This document shows positions 19,560 through 27,974 of a DNA stretch of 64,000 nucleotides, piece by piece; within the stretch, counting starts at the first letter, position 1, and every line of letters starts with the position of its first letter. This DNA comes from Anaeromyxobacter sp. (lineage in GTDB: Bacteria; Myxococcota; Myxococcia; Myxococcales; Anaeromyxobacteraceae), in the NCBI GenBank assembly GCA_049840735.1, contig JASGJN010000017.1:544001-608000 (forward strand), given 5' to 3'. Under the pieces are notes generated by a model. It had not been told where the DNA came from. It ran no database searches and was given only the letters and a program-made list of their open reading frames with translations. A program made the translations under genes and the position numbers.

Positions 19560-21223
19560 GGCGGCGCCCCTCGGCCCGGCGGCGGGCGACCGTGGCGTGG
19601 CAGTGGCGGCGCAGCGCCTCGTCCGCGCGCTTCACCACCTCCTCCAGCCGCTGCTCGGCCTCCGGCCCGGGGATGACCCCCAGCCCGGCCACCGCCGCCC
19701 ACTGCAGCAGGACCTCGTGGTCGCTGAGCCGGATGGCCCCCAGCAGCCGCTTCTTCTGCTCCAGCCAGCCGTCGAAGAGGCGCAGCGCCGCGCCGGCGTT
19801 GAGCGAGGCCAGCAGCCGGCCCAGCGCGGCGGCCTCGTCCCGGGAGTAGTCCTTGCGCGAGGAGAGCGCCTCCGCCACGGCGCGGGCCGAGGCGGCGTCG
19901 CCGTGCTTCTCCAAGGCCCCCGCGGCGGCGATCCGGAGCGGCTCGCTGGGCGAGGAGAGCAGCGCCAGCAGCGGCCCGGGCGGCACCTTGTGCGGCGAGG
20001 CCGCCAGCGCCCCCAGCGCCTCGGTCTGCACCGCCCGGTCCCGGTGCTCCAGGAGCGAGATTCGCGGCGCGATCGGCGTGCTCCGGCGCGCTCGCGGCGA
20101 TGGCCCGGAAGAGCGCCCGGGCGGGCTCGGCCGGCATCCCGGCCAGGCCCCGGGCGATCGCCTCGGCGTCGGCGGGCAGGCGCGCCCCGGCCAGGCGGAG
20201 CAGGACCTTCAGCCGGGCCGGGTCCTCCTCCTTCGGGATCCGGTCCAGCAGCGCCGCGGCGGGCACGAACGGGACCAGGCGCGCCGCCGCCGGCGGCAGC
20301 TCGCCGCCGCCCACCTCGGCCGCCGCCAGCACCGCCTCCACCAGCCGCGCGTCGGCCAGCCCGCGCAGCACGCCGTCGCGCAGCGGGCCGGGCGGCTGGC
20401 GCTGCACCAGGTCGGCGAGCTGGGCCAGCGCGTTCAGGTCGTGCTCCGCCACCAGGAAGTCGCGCAGCTCGGAGCAGTACTGGGCCGCGTCCTCCACCGG
20501 CAGCGCCGAGCGCGCCGCCCAGGCCATCAGCTCCGCGGCCAGCTGCAGCGCGCTCCGCGCCAGCGCCTCGTCGGTGGTCTCGGCGCGCAGCGGCGCCAGC
20601 GCCTCGTCCGGCACGGGCCGGTAGGCGACCGGGCCCGGCGGCGGGAGCTTGGGGAAGGGCTGGTCGAAGTCCGGCGGCGGCTCCCCGCCGCGCGGGCGGA
20701 TGCCCTCCTCCGGCTCCTCCTCGTCCGGCGCGTAGCCCTCCACCGCCGTGACCAGGATGGTCCGCATCTCCGCCTTCTTGAGGAGCGTGACCACGTCGTC
20801 CTCGGACTGCCGGACGCCGGCGTAGCGGATGGCCAGGATCTGCAGCAGCATCAGCAGCTCGCGGAAGTCCACGCCGGGCAGGTAGGTGACCTTCCGCACG
20901 CCGTCGCGGAACAGCTTGAACGCCAGCGAGCGCTCGCGGTCCTCCTCGCGGTAGATGACCTCCTCGGCCACCATCAGCTCGAAGGGCTTCACGTCCACGG
21001 CCACCGGGCCCATGGCGGTGGCCGCCTCGGCCGCCGCCCGGTAGTCCTCGATGAACTTGCGGACGATGGTGTTGGCCGGGTCGTAGAGCGTGAAGGCCCG
21101 GGCGGCCTTGCCCAGCGCGGACATCAGCGCCGCGGCCGCCTGGGCCCGGGGGGAGCCGCGCAGCAGCGGTGAGGGAGCCTCGGTCTCAGCGGCGGGGGAC
21201 TGCGGGCGCGGCGCCTCGGCCAT
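19552..21223 (-). CDS. HEAT-repeat-like protein; frameshift near 20050
   Basis: N-terminal LYDPAN..LAFKLFRDGVRKVT, alanine/leucine-rich helical C-terminus in another frame; overlaps the HD gene start. Confidence 0.65.
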
Positions 21224-21310
21224 CGTGGAGCGAGTCCACACCGGGGGACGACCGGCGTCAAGTGAGGGGCTCTCGGGACGCGGGCGCAGGATGCGCTACG
21301 CTCTGCGCCC

Positions 21311-21961
21311 ATGTGCGGACGGTTCACCCTCACCACCCGTGATCTGGCCGAGCTGGCGCGCACCTGGGCCGCCGAGGTGGACGCCGCCCTGGCCGCCGGC
21401 TGGCGCCCCCGCTTCAACGTGGCCCCGGGCGATCCCCACCCCGTGCTCCGCGCCGAGGCGGGCCGCCGGCGCCTGGTCCCGGCCGCCTTCGGGCTCACCG
21501 GGCCGGCCGGACTGGTCATCAATGCCCGCGCGGAGACGGCGGCCACCCGCCCCACCTTCCGCGAGGCCTGGCAGGGCCGGCGCGCCGTGGTCCCGGCCGA
21601 CGGGTTCTTCGAGTGGGAGGGGCCGCCCACGGCCCGCCGGCCCACCTGGTTCCACGCACCAGACGGCGGGCCGCTGCTGCTGGCGGCGCTGCTGGGACCG
21701 GCGCCTGGAGGGGGCGACGGCTTCGCCATCGTGACCACCGCCGCCTGCCCGCCGGTGAGCCGGCTGCACGACCGGATGCCGGTGATCCTGCCGCCGGAGG
21801 CGCTGGACGCCTGGCTCTCCGGCCCTCCCCCTGCCCTGCGGCCGCCCCGCGACGGCGCGCTGGCCGCCCGGCCGGTCTCGAGCCGGGTCAACGCGGTCGG
21901 GAACGACGACGAGGGCTGCCTCGGGCCACCCGAGCCTCCGCGGCAGGGCAGCCTCTTCTGA
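21311..21961 (+). CDS. SOS response-associated peptidase (SRAP/YedK family)
   Basis: MCGRF N-terminus, RFNVAP, INARAET, GFFEW, HDRMPVIL. Confidence 0.93.
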   Translation: MCGRFTLTTRDLAELARTWAAEVDAALAAGWRPRFNVAPGDPHPVLRAEAGRRRLVPAAFGLTGPAGLVINARAETAATRPTFREAWQGRRAVVPADGFFEWEGPPTARRPTWFHAPDGGPLLLAALLGPAPGGGDGFAIVTTAACPPVSRLHDRMPVILPPEALDAWLSGPPPALRPPRDGALAARPVSSRVNAVGNDDEGCLGPPEPPRQGSLF

Positions 21962-21968
21962 GGGGCCG

Positions 21969-22616
21969 CTACTCCTCCCCTTCCAGCGCGCTGCTGCGCG
22001 CCACGGTCACGCCGGCGCCGGCCAGGACCGCGTCCACCTCTCCCTGGCGATCCGGGAAGACGGCGCGGGTCAGGTCGTCCAGCACCACCGCCCGGAACCC
22101 CTCGGCGGCGGCATCCACCGCGGTGGCGCGGACGCAGAAGTCGCGCGCCAGGCCGCACACGAAGACCCGCTCCACGCCGCGGGCGCGCAGCCAGGCGCCG
22201 AGCCCGGTGGTCGGGCGCCGCCCGTCCGGCCCGACGTTCTCGCGGAGGCCGCTGTACGAGTCCACGTCCGGCCGCGTCCCCTTGCGCAGGATGAGCGTGG
22301 CCGCCGTGTCGGGGAAGCCGGGGTGGAGGGCCGCGCCGGGGGTGCCCTGGACGCAGTGGTCGGGCCAGAGCTCCTGGGGCCCCTGCGGCAGCTGCGCGGT
22401 CTGGAACGGCTGGCGTCCGGCGTGGGAGGACGCGAAGGAGACGTGGCCGCGGGGGTGCCAGTCCTGCGTCGCCACCACGGTCGTGAAGCGCGGCGCCAGC
22501 CGCGCGATGGGCGCCACCACCGCGTCGCCGCCGGCCACCGCGAGCGCCCCGCCGGGCAGGAAGTCGTGCTGCAGGTCCACCACGATCAGGGCATCGCGCG
22601 CGCGGTCGATGGGCAT
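21969..22616 (-). CDS. pncA: Nicotinamidase/pyrazinamidase
   Basis: VVDLQHDF, TQDWHP..H.SF, WPDHCVQGT, RKG, GLARDFCV. Confidence 0.92.
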   Translation of the reverse strand: MPIDRARDALIVVDLQHDFLPGGALAVAGGDAVVAPIARLAPRFTTVVATQDWHPRGHVSFASSHAGRQPFQTAQLPQGPQELWPDHCVQGTPGAALHPGFPDTAATLILRKGTRPDVDSYSGLRENVGPDGRRPTTGLGAWLRARGVERVFVCGLARDFCVRATAVDAAAEGFRAVVLDDLTRAVFPDRQGEVDAVLAGAGVTVARSSALEGEE

Positions 22617-22787
22617 GGGCGGGATCATAAGCCGGCCGCCGCGGCCCATCCGCACCCGGCGGCGCGGACGGCCCCCTGCCGGGCCCGGCCGCGGCGCGAC
22701 CGGGCGGGCGGGATTCCGCCGCGAAGCGCCGGAAACCAAGGCATTCCGTGTTGTCTCGGGCCCTGGCCTGAGCTAGCTTGCGCCCCC

Positions 22788-24356
22788 ATGGACAAGATCT
22801 GGGTGAAGGACGTGAAGGAAGGCGAGCGCGTCAAGAGCGTCTTCCTCGTCGCCCGCAAGGCCGTCCCCACCGCCAAGAGCGGCAAGACGTACCTGTCGGT
22901 CACCTTCCACGACAAGACCGGCGAGCTGGAGGCGCGCGCGTTCGAGCGCGTCGAGGAGCTCGGCGGCACGTTCGAGGAGAAGGACCTGGTCGAGGTCGAG
23001 GGTAGCATCGGCGCCTTCCAGGGCAAGCCGCAGCTCCGCATCGAGACCGCGACCAAGGTGGACCCGGCCACGCTCGACGCGGCCGAGTTCGCCTGGGTGG
23101 CGCCGCCCGAGCCGAGGAAGCCGGAGAAGGTGGAGAAGCCCGCGGCCGCCGAGGCCGACGACACCCACTGGAAGGAGCTGCTCGGGCTGGTCGACGTGGT
23201 GGTCGACCCCAAGGTGAAGGAGCTCATCCACGCCTTCCTCGACGACGAGGACGTGGCCGCCCGCCTGCGCCGCTCCCCCGCCGCCAAGACCGTGCACCAC
23301 GCCTACCCGGGCGGCCTGCTGGAGCACACCGTCTCCTGCATCAAGCTGGCGCACCGGATCGCCGACCACTACCCGCAGGTCGATCGCGACCTGCTGGTGG
23401 CGGGCGCCTTCTTCCACGACCTGGGCAAGATCCGCGAGCTGTCCGGCGAGCGGAGCACCGAGTACACCGACGAGGGCCGGCTCATCGGCCACCTGGTGAT
23501 GACCGCGCAGTGGGTCCACGACAAGGCCCGCCGCGTGGGCGCGTCGAGGGAGCTGGAGCACCACATCGTGCACCTGGTGCTGGCGCACCACGGGCAGCTC
23601 GACTACGGCTCGCCCAAGGTCCCGATGACCCTCGAGGCCCTGATCACGCACGAGATCGACGAGATCGACAGCCGCGTGAACTCCTGGCTCAACCTGATGG
23701 GGCGCGAGGGCGGCAACCGCCGCTGGACGGACTCCAACAACGTCTACGAGCAGCAGATCTGGCGGGGCGCCCTGCCCACGGTGCAGGCCGAGAAGAAGGG
23801 GCCGGCGCCGGAGCTGATGACGCCGGTCATCTACGTGCCGCGCGAGGGGCAGAAGCGCAAGCCGCAGCCCCAGCAGCAGCAGAACGCGCCGCGCAAGCCG
23901 CGCCCCGAGCGTCCGGAGCGCCCGCAGCACGCGGCCCCGGCGGCGGCTGGCGAGGGCAAGCCCGCCGAGGGCGGCGCGCCGGCCGAGGCCCGCGCCGAGC
24001 ACCAGCGGCCCGAGCGCGCCGAGCGGCCGGACCGCGGCCCGCGCCCGGAGCGCGGCGCCGGCGAGCACCGGGGCGGCGGTGAGCACCGCGGCTTCGGCGG
24101 CCCCGGCGGCGATCGCAAGCGCGGCTACACCGGCCCGCGGCTCCCCGGGGACAAGGGCCCGCACCGCCCTGCCGAGAAGAAGTCCCTGACCCACAACCCC
24201 TTCGCCGCGCTGGCGCAGAAGCTGGAGGACGCCGGCAAGGAGGAGAAGCCCGCCGAGGCCGCCGTCGAGGCCGCCCCGGTCGAGCAGGCCCCCGAGCCCA
24301 CCCCGCCCGCGGAGGCCCCGGCCCCCGCCGAGGTGGCCGAGAAGCCGGCCGAGTAG
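22788..24356 (+). CDS. YhaM/Cbf1-family 3'-5' exoribonuclease (OB + HD) with disordered tail
   Basis: OB fold, PAAKTVHHAYPGGLLEH, HDLGK, LIGH, AHHG..YGSP. Confidence 0.88.
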   Translation: MDKIWVKDVKEGERVKSVFLVARKAVPTAKSGKTYLSVTFHDKTGELEARAFERVEELGGTFEEKDLVEVEGSIGAFQGKPQLRIETATKVDPATLDAAEFAWVAPPEPRKPEKVEKPAAAEADDTHWKELLGLVDVVVDPKVKELIHAFLDDEDVAARLRRSPAAKTVHHAYPGGLLEHTVSCIKLAHRIADHYPQVDRDLLVAGAFFHDLGKIRELSGERSTEYTDEGRLIGHLVMTAQWVHDKARRVGASRELEHHIVHLVLAHHGQLDYGSPKVPMTLEALITHEIDEIDSRVNSWLNLMGREGGNRRWTDSNNVYEQQIWRGALPTVQAEKKGPAPELMTPVIYVPREGQKRKPQPQQQQNAPRKPRPERPERPQHAAPAAAGEGKPAEGGAPAEARAEHQRPERAERPDRGPRPERGAGEHRGGGEHRGFGGPGGDRKRGYTGPRLPGDKGPHRPAEKKSLTHNPFAALAQKLEDAGKEEKPAEAAVEAAPVEQAPEPTPPAEAPAPAEVAEKPAE

Positions 24357-24403
24357 GCCCGAGCAGGCCTTGTCCTGCTGCGAGGTCAGCGGCCTGCCGC
24401 CTG

Positions 24404-24662
24404 CCCTTCGACTCCGCCCCGCCGCTGGCGGGGCTACGCTCAGGGCGAACGGTCCGATAGGCCGTTCGCTGGCGCGTGCCCTCCGCCCGTTCGGCCTGAG
24501 CATAGGGCCAGCGTAGGGCCGCCGCGACCCGGGATTCAGCGCACCCTGCGCTGTCCCGGGTCGCTACGCTCAGGGCGAACGGTCCGATAGGCCGTTCGCC
24601 GGCGCGTGCCCTCCGCCCGTTCGGCCTGAGCGTAGGGCCGCGCAGCGGCCCGAAGTCGAAGG
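24404..24662. repeat. Composite REP-like palindromic cluster with a 77-bp direct repeat
   Basis: 24433-24509 vs 24563-24639 (2 mismatches); outer ends CCTTCGACT / AGTCGAAGG; CTACGCTCAGG / CCTGAGCGTAG arms. Confidence 0.8.
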
Positions 24663-24722
24663 CCAGGGACCCGACCGGCCGCTCGCTTTTGCGCCCGCTG
24701 CCCGGCCGCGTACAATCGCGGC

Positions 24723-25445
24723 ATGGTGCCGTTCGGCCGCACGGCCGCCTTCTTCGACGTCGACGACTCGCTCCTGGACGGGAACGCCGGGACCATCTTC
24801 ACCTGGTACCTGTACAGCGAGCGCGTGATGAAGCCCGAGGTGCGCTCGCGCATCCCGCGCATCATCTACGAGTACGCCCGCAACCGGCTCACCGAGCAGG
24901 ACATGGTGGAGGCCGGCTCGCGGTGCCAGGAGGGGCTCTACGCGGACGTGGTGAAGGCCCACGCCCACCTCTGCTTCGAGCGCTACCTGCGCAAGCGGAT
25001 CACCAGCGGCGCCATCCGGCAGATCCGCAAGCACCTGCTCTCCGGCCACTTCGTGGCCATCGCCTCCGGCTCCTCGCAGTACATCATCGACGAGGTGGCG
25101 GCCCACCTGCGCGTGCACGCGGCCATCGGCACCCGGGCGCGCATCGTGGACGGCCGGATCACCGGGCAGATCGTGCCGCCGGTGGTGTTCCGCGACGGGA
25201 AGCGGGCCGCGGTAGAGGCGCTGGCGGCCCGCTACGACCTCGACCTCTCGCGCGCCTACCTGTACTCCGACTCGGCCGCCGACGCGCCGCTCTTCGAGGC
25301 GGTCGGCAACCCGGTGGTGGTGAACCCCAAGGCGCCCTTCCGCGCCGTCGCCGACCAGCGCGGCTGGGAGGTGGTGCAGTGGAAGGAGCGCAACCGCCCC
25401 GGCGAGCCGGACATGGCGGATGAGTGGGGGAGCTGGGAGGGCTGA
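24723..25445 (+). CDS. HAD-IB family hydrolase
   Basis: AAFFDVDDSL, ASGS, GK, YSDSAADAPL..VGNPVVVNP. Confidence 0.88.
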   Translation: MVPFGRTAAFFDVDDSLLDGNAGTIFTWYLYSERVMKPEVRSRIPRIIYEYARNRLTEQDMVEAGSRCQEGLYADVVKAHAHLCFERYLRKRITSGAIRQIRKHLLSGHFVAIASGSSQYIIDEVAAHLRVHAAIGTRARIVDGRITGQIVPPVVFRDGKRAAVEALAARYDLDLSRAYLYSDSAADAPLFEAVGNPVVVNPKAPFRAVADQRGWEVVQWKERNRPGEPDMADEWGSWEG

Positions 25446-25547
25446 AGCGAGGTCCGCGGCGCTGCAGCGACGGCGCGAGGGTCCGATAAGCGCAGCCCGC
25501 GCTAGGCTGCGAGGAGAGCGACGCCTCATCGTCGCTGCAGGTAGCTC

Positions 25548-25961
25548 ATGCGCAACACCGTCACCTTCCACCACCCAGCGCCTCTGGTCTTCGTCTCCGA
25601 AGAGGACGGCGTCCTCAGCATCGCGGGCGCCGGATGGTTCCTCGAGCTGCTCCGGACGATCAGCGGCCTCGACCTCGATCACGAGGTCACGCAGGAGGAC
25701 TGGGGCGTGGTGGCCCGCGCCAGCCGAGCCGGGTGTCGGTTCTGGATCGGCTTGAGCGGGCTGGGCCAGCACGAGTCGATGGCCCATGTCCACCACCACT
25801 CGCTCGCCTGGCTCCAGCGCCTCAGCCCAGGGGGACGAGCGGCCCTCGCCGCCCTGGTGGGCGAGGTCGATCGCGCGCTCCGCGTGGCGAAGGCGACAGA
25901 CGTGAGGTGGTTCGAGGAAAGCAATCGGAACCATCGGGCTCCGGCGGAGTCGCCGACGTAG
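25548..25961 (+). CDS. Hypothetical protein
   Basis: ATG-initiated 137-aa ORF with protein-like composition; no recognisable motif. Confidence 0.55.
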   Translation: MRNTVTFHHPAPLVFVSEEDGVLSIAGAGWFLELLRTISGLDLDHEVTQEDWGVVARASRAGCRFWIGLSGLGQHESMAHVHHHSLAWLQRLSPGGRAALAALVGEVDRALRVAKATDVRWFEESNRNHRAPAESPT

Positions 25962-26083
25962 CAGCGCGTCACGACGTCCAGCCGCCTTCCTGGAGGCCTT
26001 CTACGCCGCGCTGCGCGGCCGGCTGGCGCGGCGGCTGCTCCTCGCCAGGCGCCGCGCGTCGAAGGACGACAGGCTGAATCAGC

Positions 26084-26926
26084 TCACTCGAACACCGCCG
26101 CCAGCTCCACCTGGGCGGCGGCGTCGGGTGCGGCCTTCAGCCGGTGGTACACGACGGCGGCCGACACGGGGCCGGCCGCACCGGCGGCGCCGGTCGCCGG
26201 CAGGATCACGCCGAAGAACGCGAAGACGACCTCGCCGGAGGCCCTCGGGGCCGAGAGGGCGCCCACCACCAGCACCCCCGCGATCACGACCGCGCCCAGC
26301 GCGAGCAGGGCCAGCAGCGCCTGGACCGCGAGCGCGCCGAGGAGCGCCCAGCGGCGGCCGCGGGTCAGCTGGGCGCTGCGCCGCAGGGAGGAGAGGATCC
26401 CCTCCCCCTCGAGCGCGATGAGCGGAAGGGCCAACCACCAGCGCACCGCCAGGACCGGGGCGGCGGCGGCCCCGGCGATGGCCAGGAGGGGCGGCCAGGA
26501 GCTCCACTGGAGGTTTCCGTTCGCGGCCAGCGCGATGATCAGCGCGATACCGGCCACGACGGCGCCTCCCACGGCGCAGCCGGCCATCACGGGCAGCACG
26601 CGCCGCCAGGCCGGCCCGAGCGCGCGGCGGAGCGGCAGCCGCTCGCCGCGGAGCGCGGCAGCCGCCCCTGCCGTCACGGCCACGAGTCCCAGCGCGCCGA
26701 CCAGCAGCCCGACCGCACCGGTGGCGAGGAACATGATCAGCGCCGACGTTCCGGACGGGCCGCCGTCTTCCTGGCCCAGGACGGTGAAGAACCAGGCCAG
26801 GAACCCGAGCAGCGGCAGTTGCGCCACCGCGCCCATGACGCCGAACCGGTGCAGGTTCCGGAGCCAGATGCCCAGCGCCGGTCGGATCAGTGGGCCCAGC
26901 GGGGCGCGCGGATCTCCCGGCCCCAT
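26084..26926 (-). CDS. Hypothetical multi-pass membrane protein
   Basis: Several hydrophobic segments; LE.EG..SLRRS..LTRGRRW pattern and C-terminal VVYHRLK..LAAVFE. Confidence 0.7.
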   Translation of the reverse strand: MGPGDPRAPLGPLIRPALGIWLRNLHRFGVMGAVAQLPLLGFLAWFFTVLGQEDGGPSGTSALIMFLATGAVGLLVGALGLVAVTAGAAAALRGERLPLRRALGPAWRRVLPVMAGCAVGGAVVAGIALIIALAANGNLQWSSWPPLLAIAGAAAAPVLAVRWWLALPLIALEGEGILSSLRRSAQLTRGRRWALLGALAVQALLALLALGAVVIAGVLVVGALSAPRASGEVVFAFFGVILPATGAAGAAGPVSAAVVYHRLKAAPDAAAQVELAAVFE

Positions 26927-27102
26927 GCGGTCAACCCAACACCGGCGCCAGGCGGGCCCGCGTGCTCCGAAGCGGCTGCTGCTCCATCTCGCTCCTCCGC
27001 GCCGGAGGGCGCGCGGCGACGAGCCTACGGGACCGCGCGGCGTGCGGGAAGTGCGTTCCTGGGACGCGGTGGGCGGATGGCCTACAGACGGGAGCGGCTC
27101 CC

Positions 27103-27125
27103 TGACCATATGCGCCCAAATCTAG
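27103..27125 (+). repeat. Degenerate copy of the RAYT-element terminal site
   Basis: TGACCATATGCGCCCAAATCTAG, 20/23 identical to TGACCATATCCGCCCGAATCAAG at 37230-37252. Confidence 0.7.
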
Positions 27126-27189
27126 CTGGGGTCCGTGCATCCGCTCGCGCCGCGCCCGCAGCAGCCGCGCCAGCTCCAGGGTGTCCGGA

Positions 27190-27966
27190 TTACAGCCGGA
27201 AGAACCGCCGCGTGTTCTCGGAGGTGACCCGCGCCACCTCCTCCAGCGTGGTGCCCCAGACCTCGGCCACCTTGCGCGCCGTCTCCACCACGTGCGCCGG
27301 CTCGTTGCGCTTGCCCCGGTGCGGGATGGGGGCCAGGTACGGGCTGTCGGTCTCCACCAGCAGCCGGTCCCGCGGCACGATGGCCACCGCGTCGCGGATG
27401 GCGCCGGCGGTCTTGAAGGTGACGATCCCCGCCACCGAGATGAGCAGCCCCAGCTCGAGGAAGGCCCGCGCCGCGGCCACGTCGCCGGTGAAGCAGTGGA
27501 TGACGGCGCCGGCCGGCGGGACCCCCTCCTCGCGCAGCACCCGCGCGCAGACCTCGTCCGCCTCGCGCACGTGGACCACCAGCGGCTTGCCCGCCGCGTG
27601 GGCCAGGCGGATGGAGCGGCGGAAGGCCTGCTCCTGCACGTCGCGCGGGGACAGATCGTAGTGGAAGTCCAGCCCCGCCTCCCCCACCGCCACCACCCGC
27701 GGGTCGCGGGCCATGACCTCGCAGGCCGCCCAGTCCTCCTCCGGCACCCGGGCGCAGTCGTGCGGGTGGACCCCCACGGTGGCGGCGAAGAAGCCCGGGT
27801 CGCGGGTGGCCAGCGCCAGCGCGTTGCCGAAGTCGCCCGGCTTGCGCCAGAGCCCGACCAGCACCACCCGCGACAGCCCGGCGGCCCGCGCGCGGTCGAT
27901 CACCGCCTGCAGGTCGCCCTCGTAGTCCTCGCCGTCGAGGTGGGCGTGGGAGTCGATCAGGGTCAT
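27190..27966 (-). CDS. tatD: TatD-family hydrolase
   Basis: IDSHAHL, GVHPH, VGEAGLD, HVREA, HCFTG, ETDSPYLAP..RNEP. Confidence 0.93.
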   Translation of the reverse strand: MTLIDSHAHLDGEDYEGDLQAVIDRARAAGLSRVVLVGLWRKPGDFGNALALATRDPGFFAATVGVHPHDCARVPEEDWAACEVMARDPRVVAVGEAGLDFHYDLSPRDVQEQAFRRSIRLAHAAGKPLVVHVREADEVCARVLREEGVPPAGAVIHCFTGDVAAARAFLELGLLISVAGIVTFKTAGAIRDAVAIVPRDRLLVETDSPYLAPIPHRGKRNEPAHVVETARKVAEVWGTTLEEVARVTSENTRRFFRL

Positions 27967-27974
27967 GCCCGGAC

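Noticed and set aside
24433..24639. Possible CRISPR array
   Set aside because: Only two 77-bp palindromic units, a hairpin between them and no cas genes
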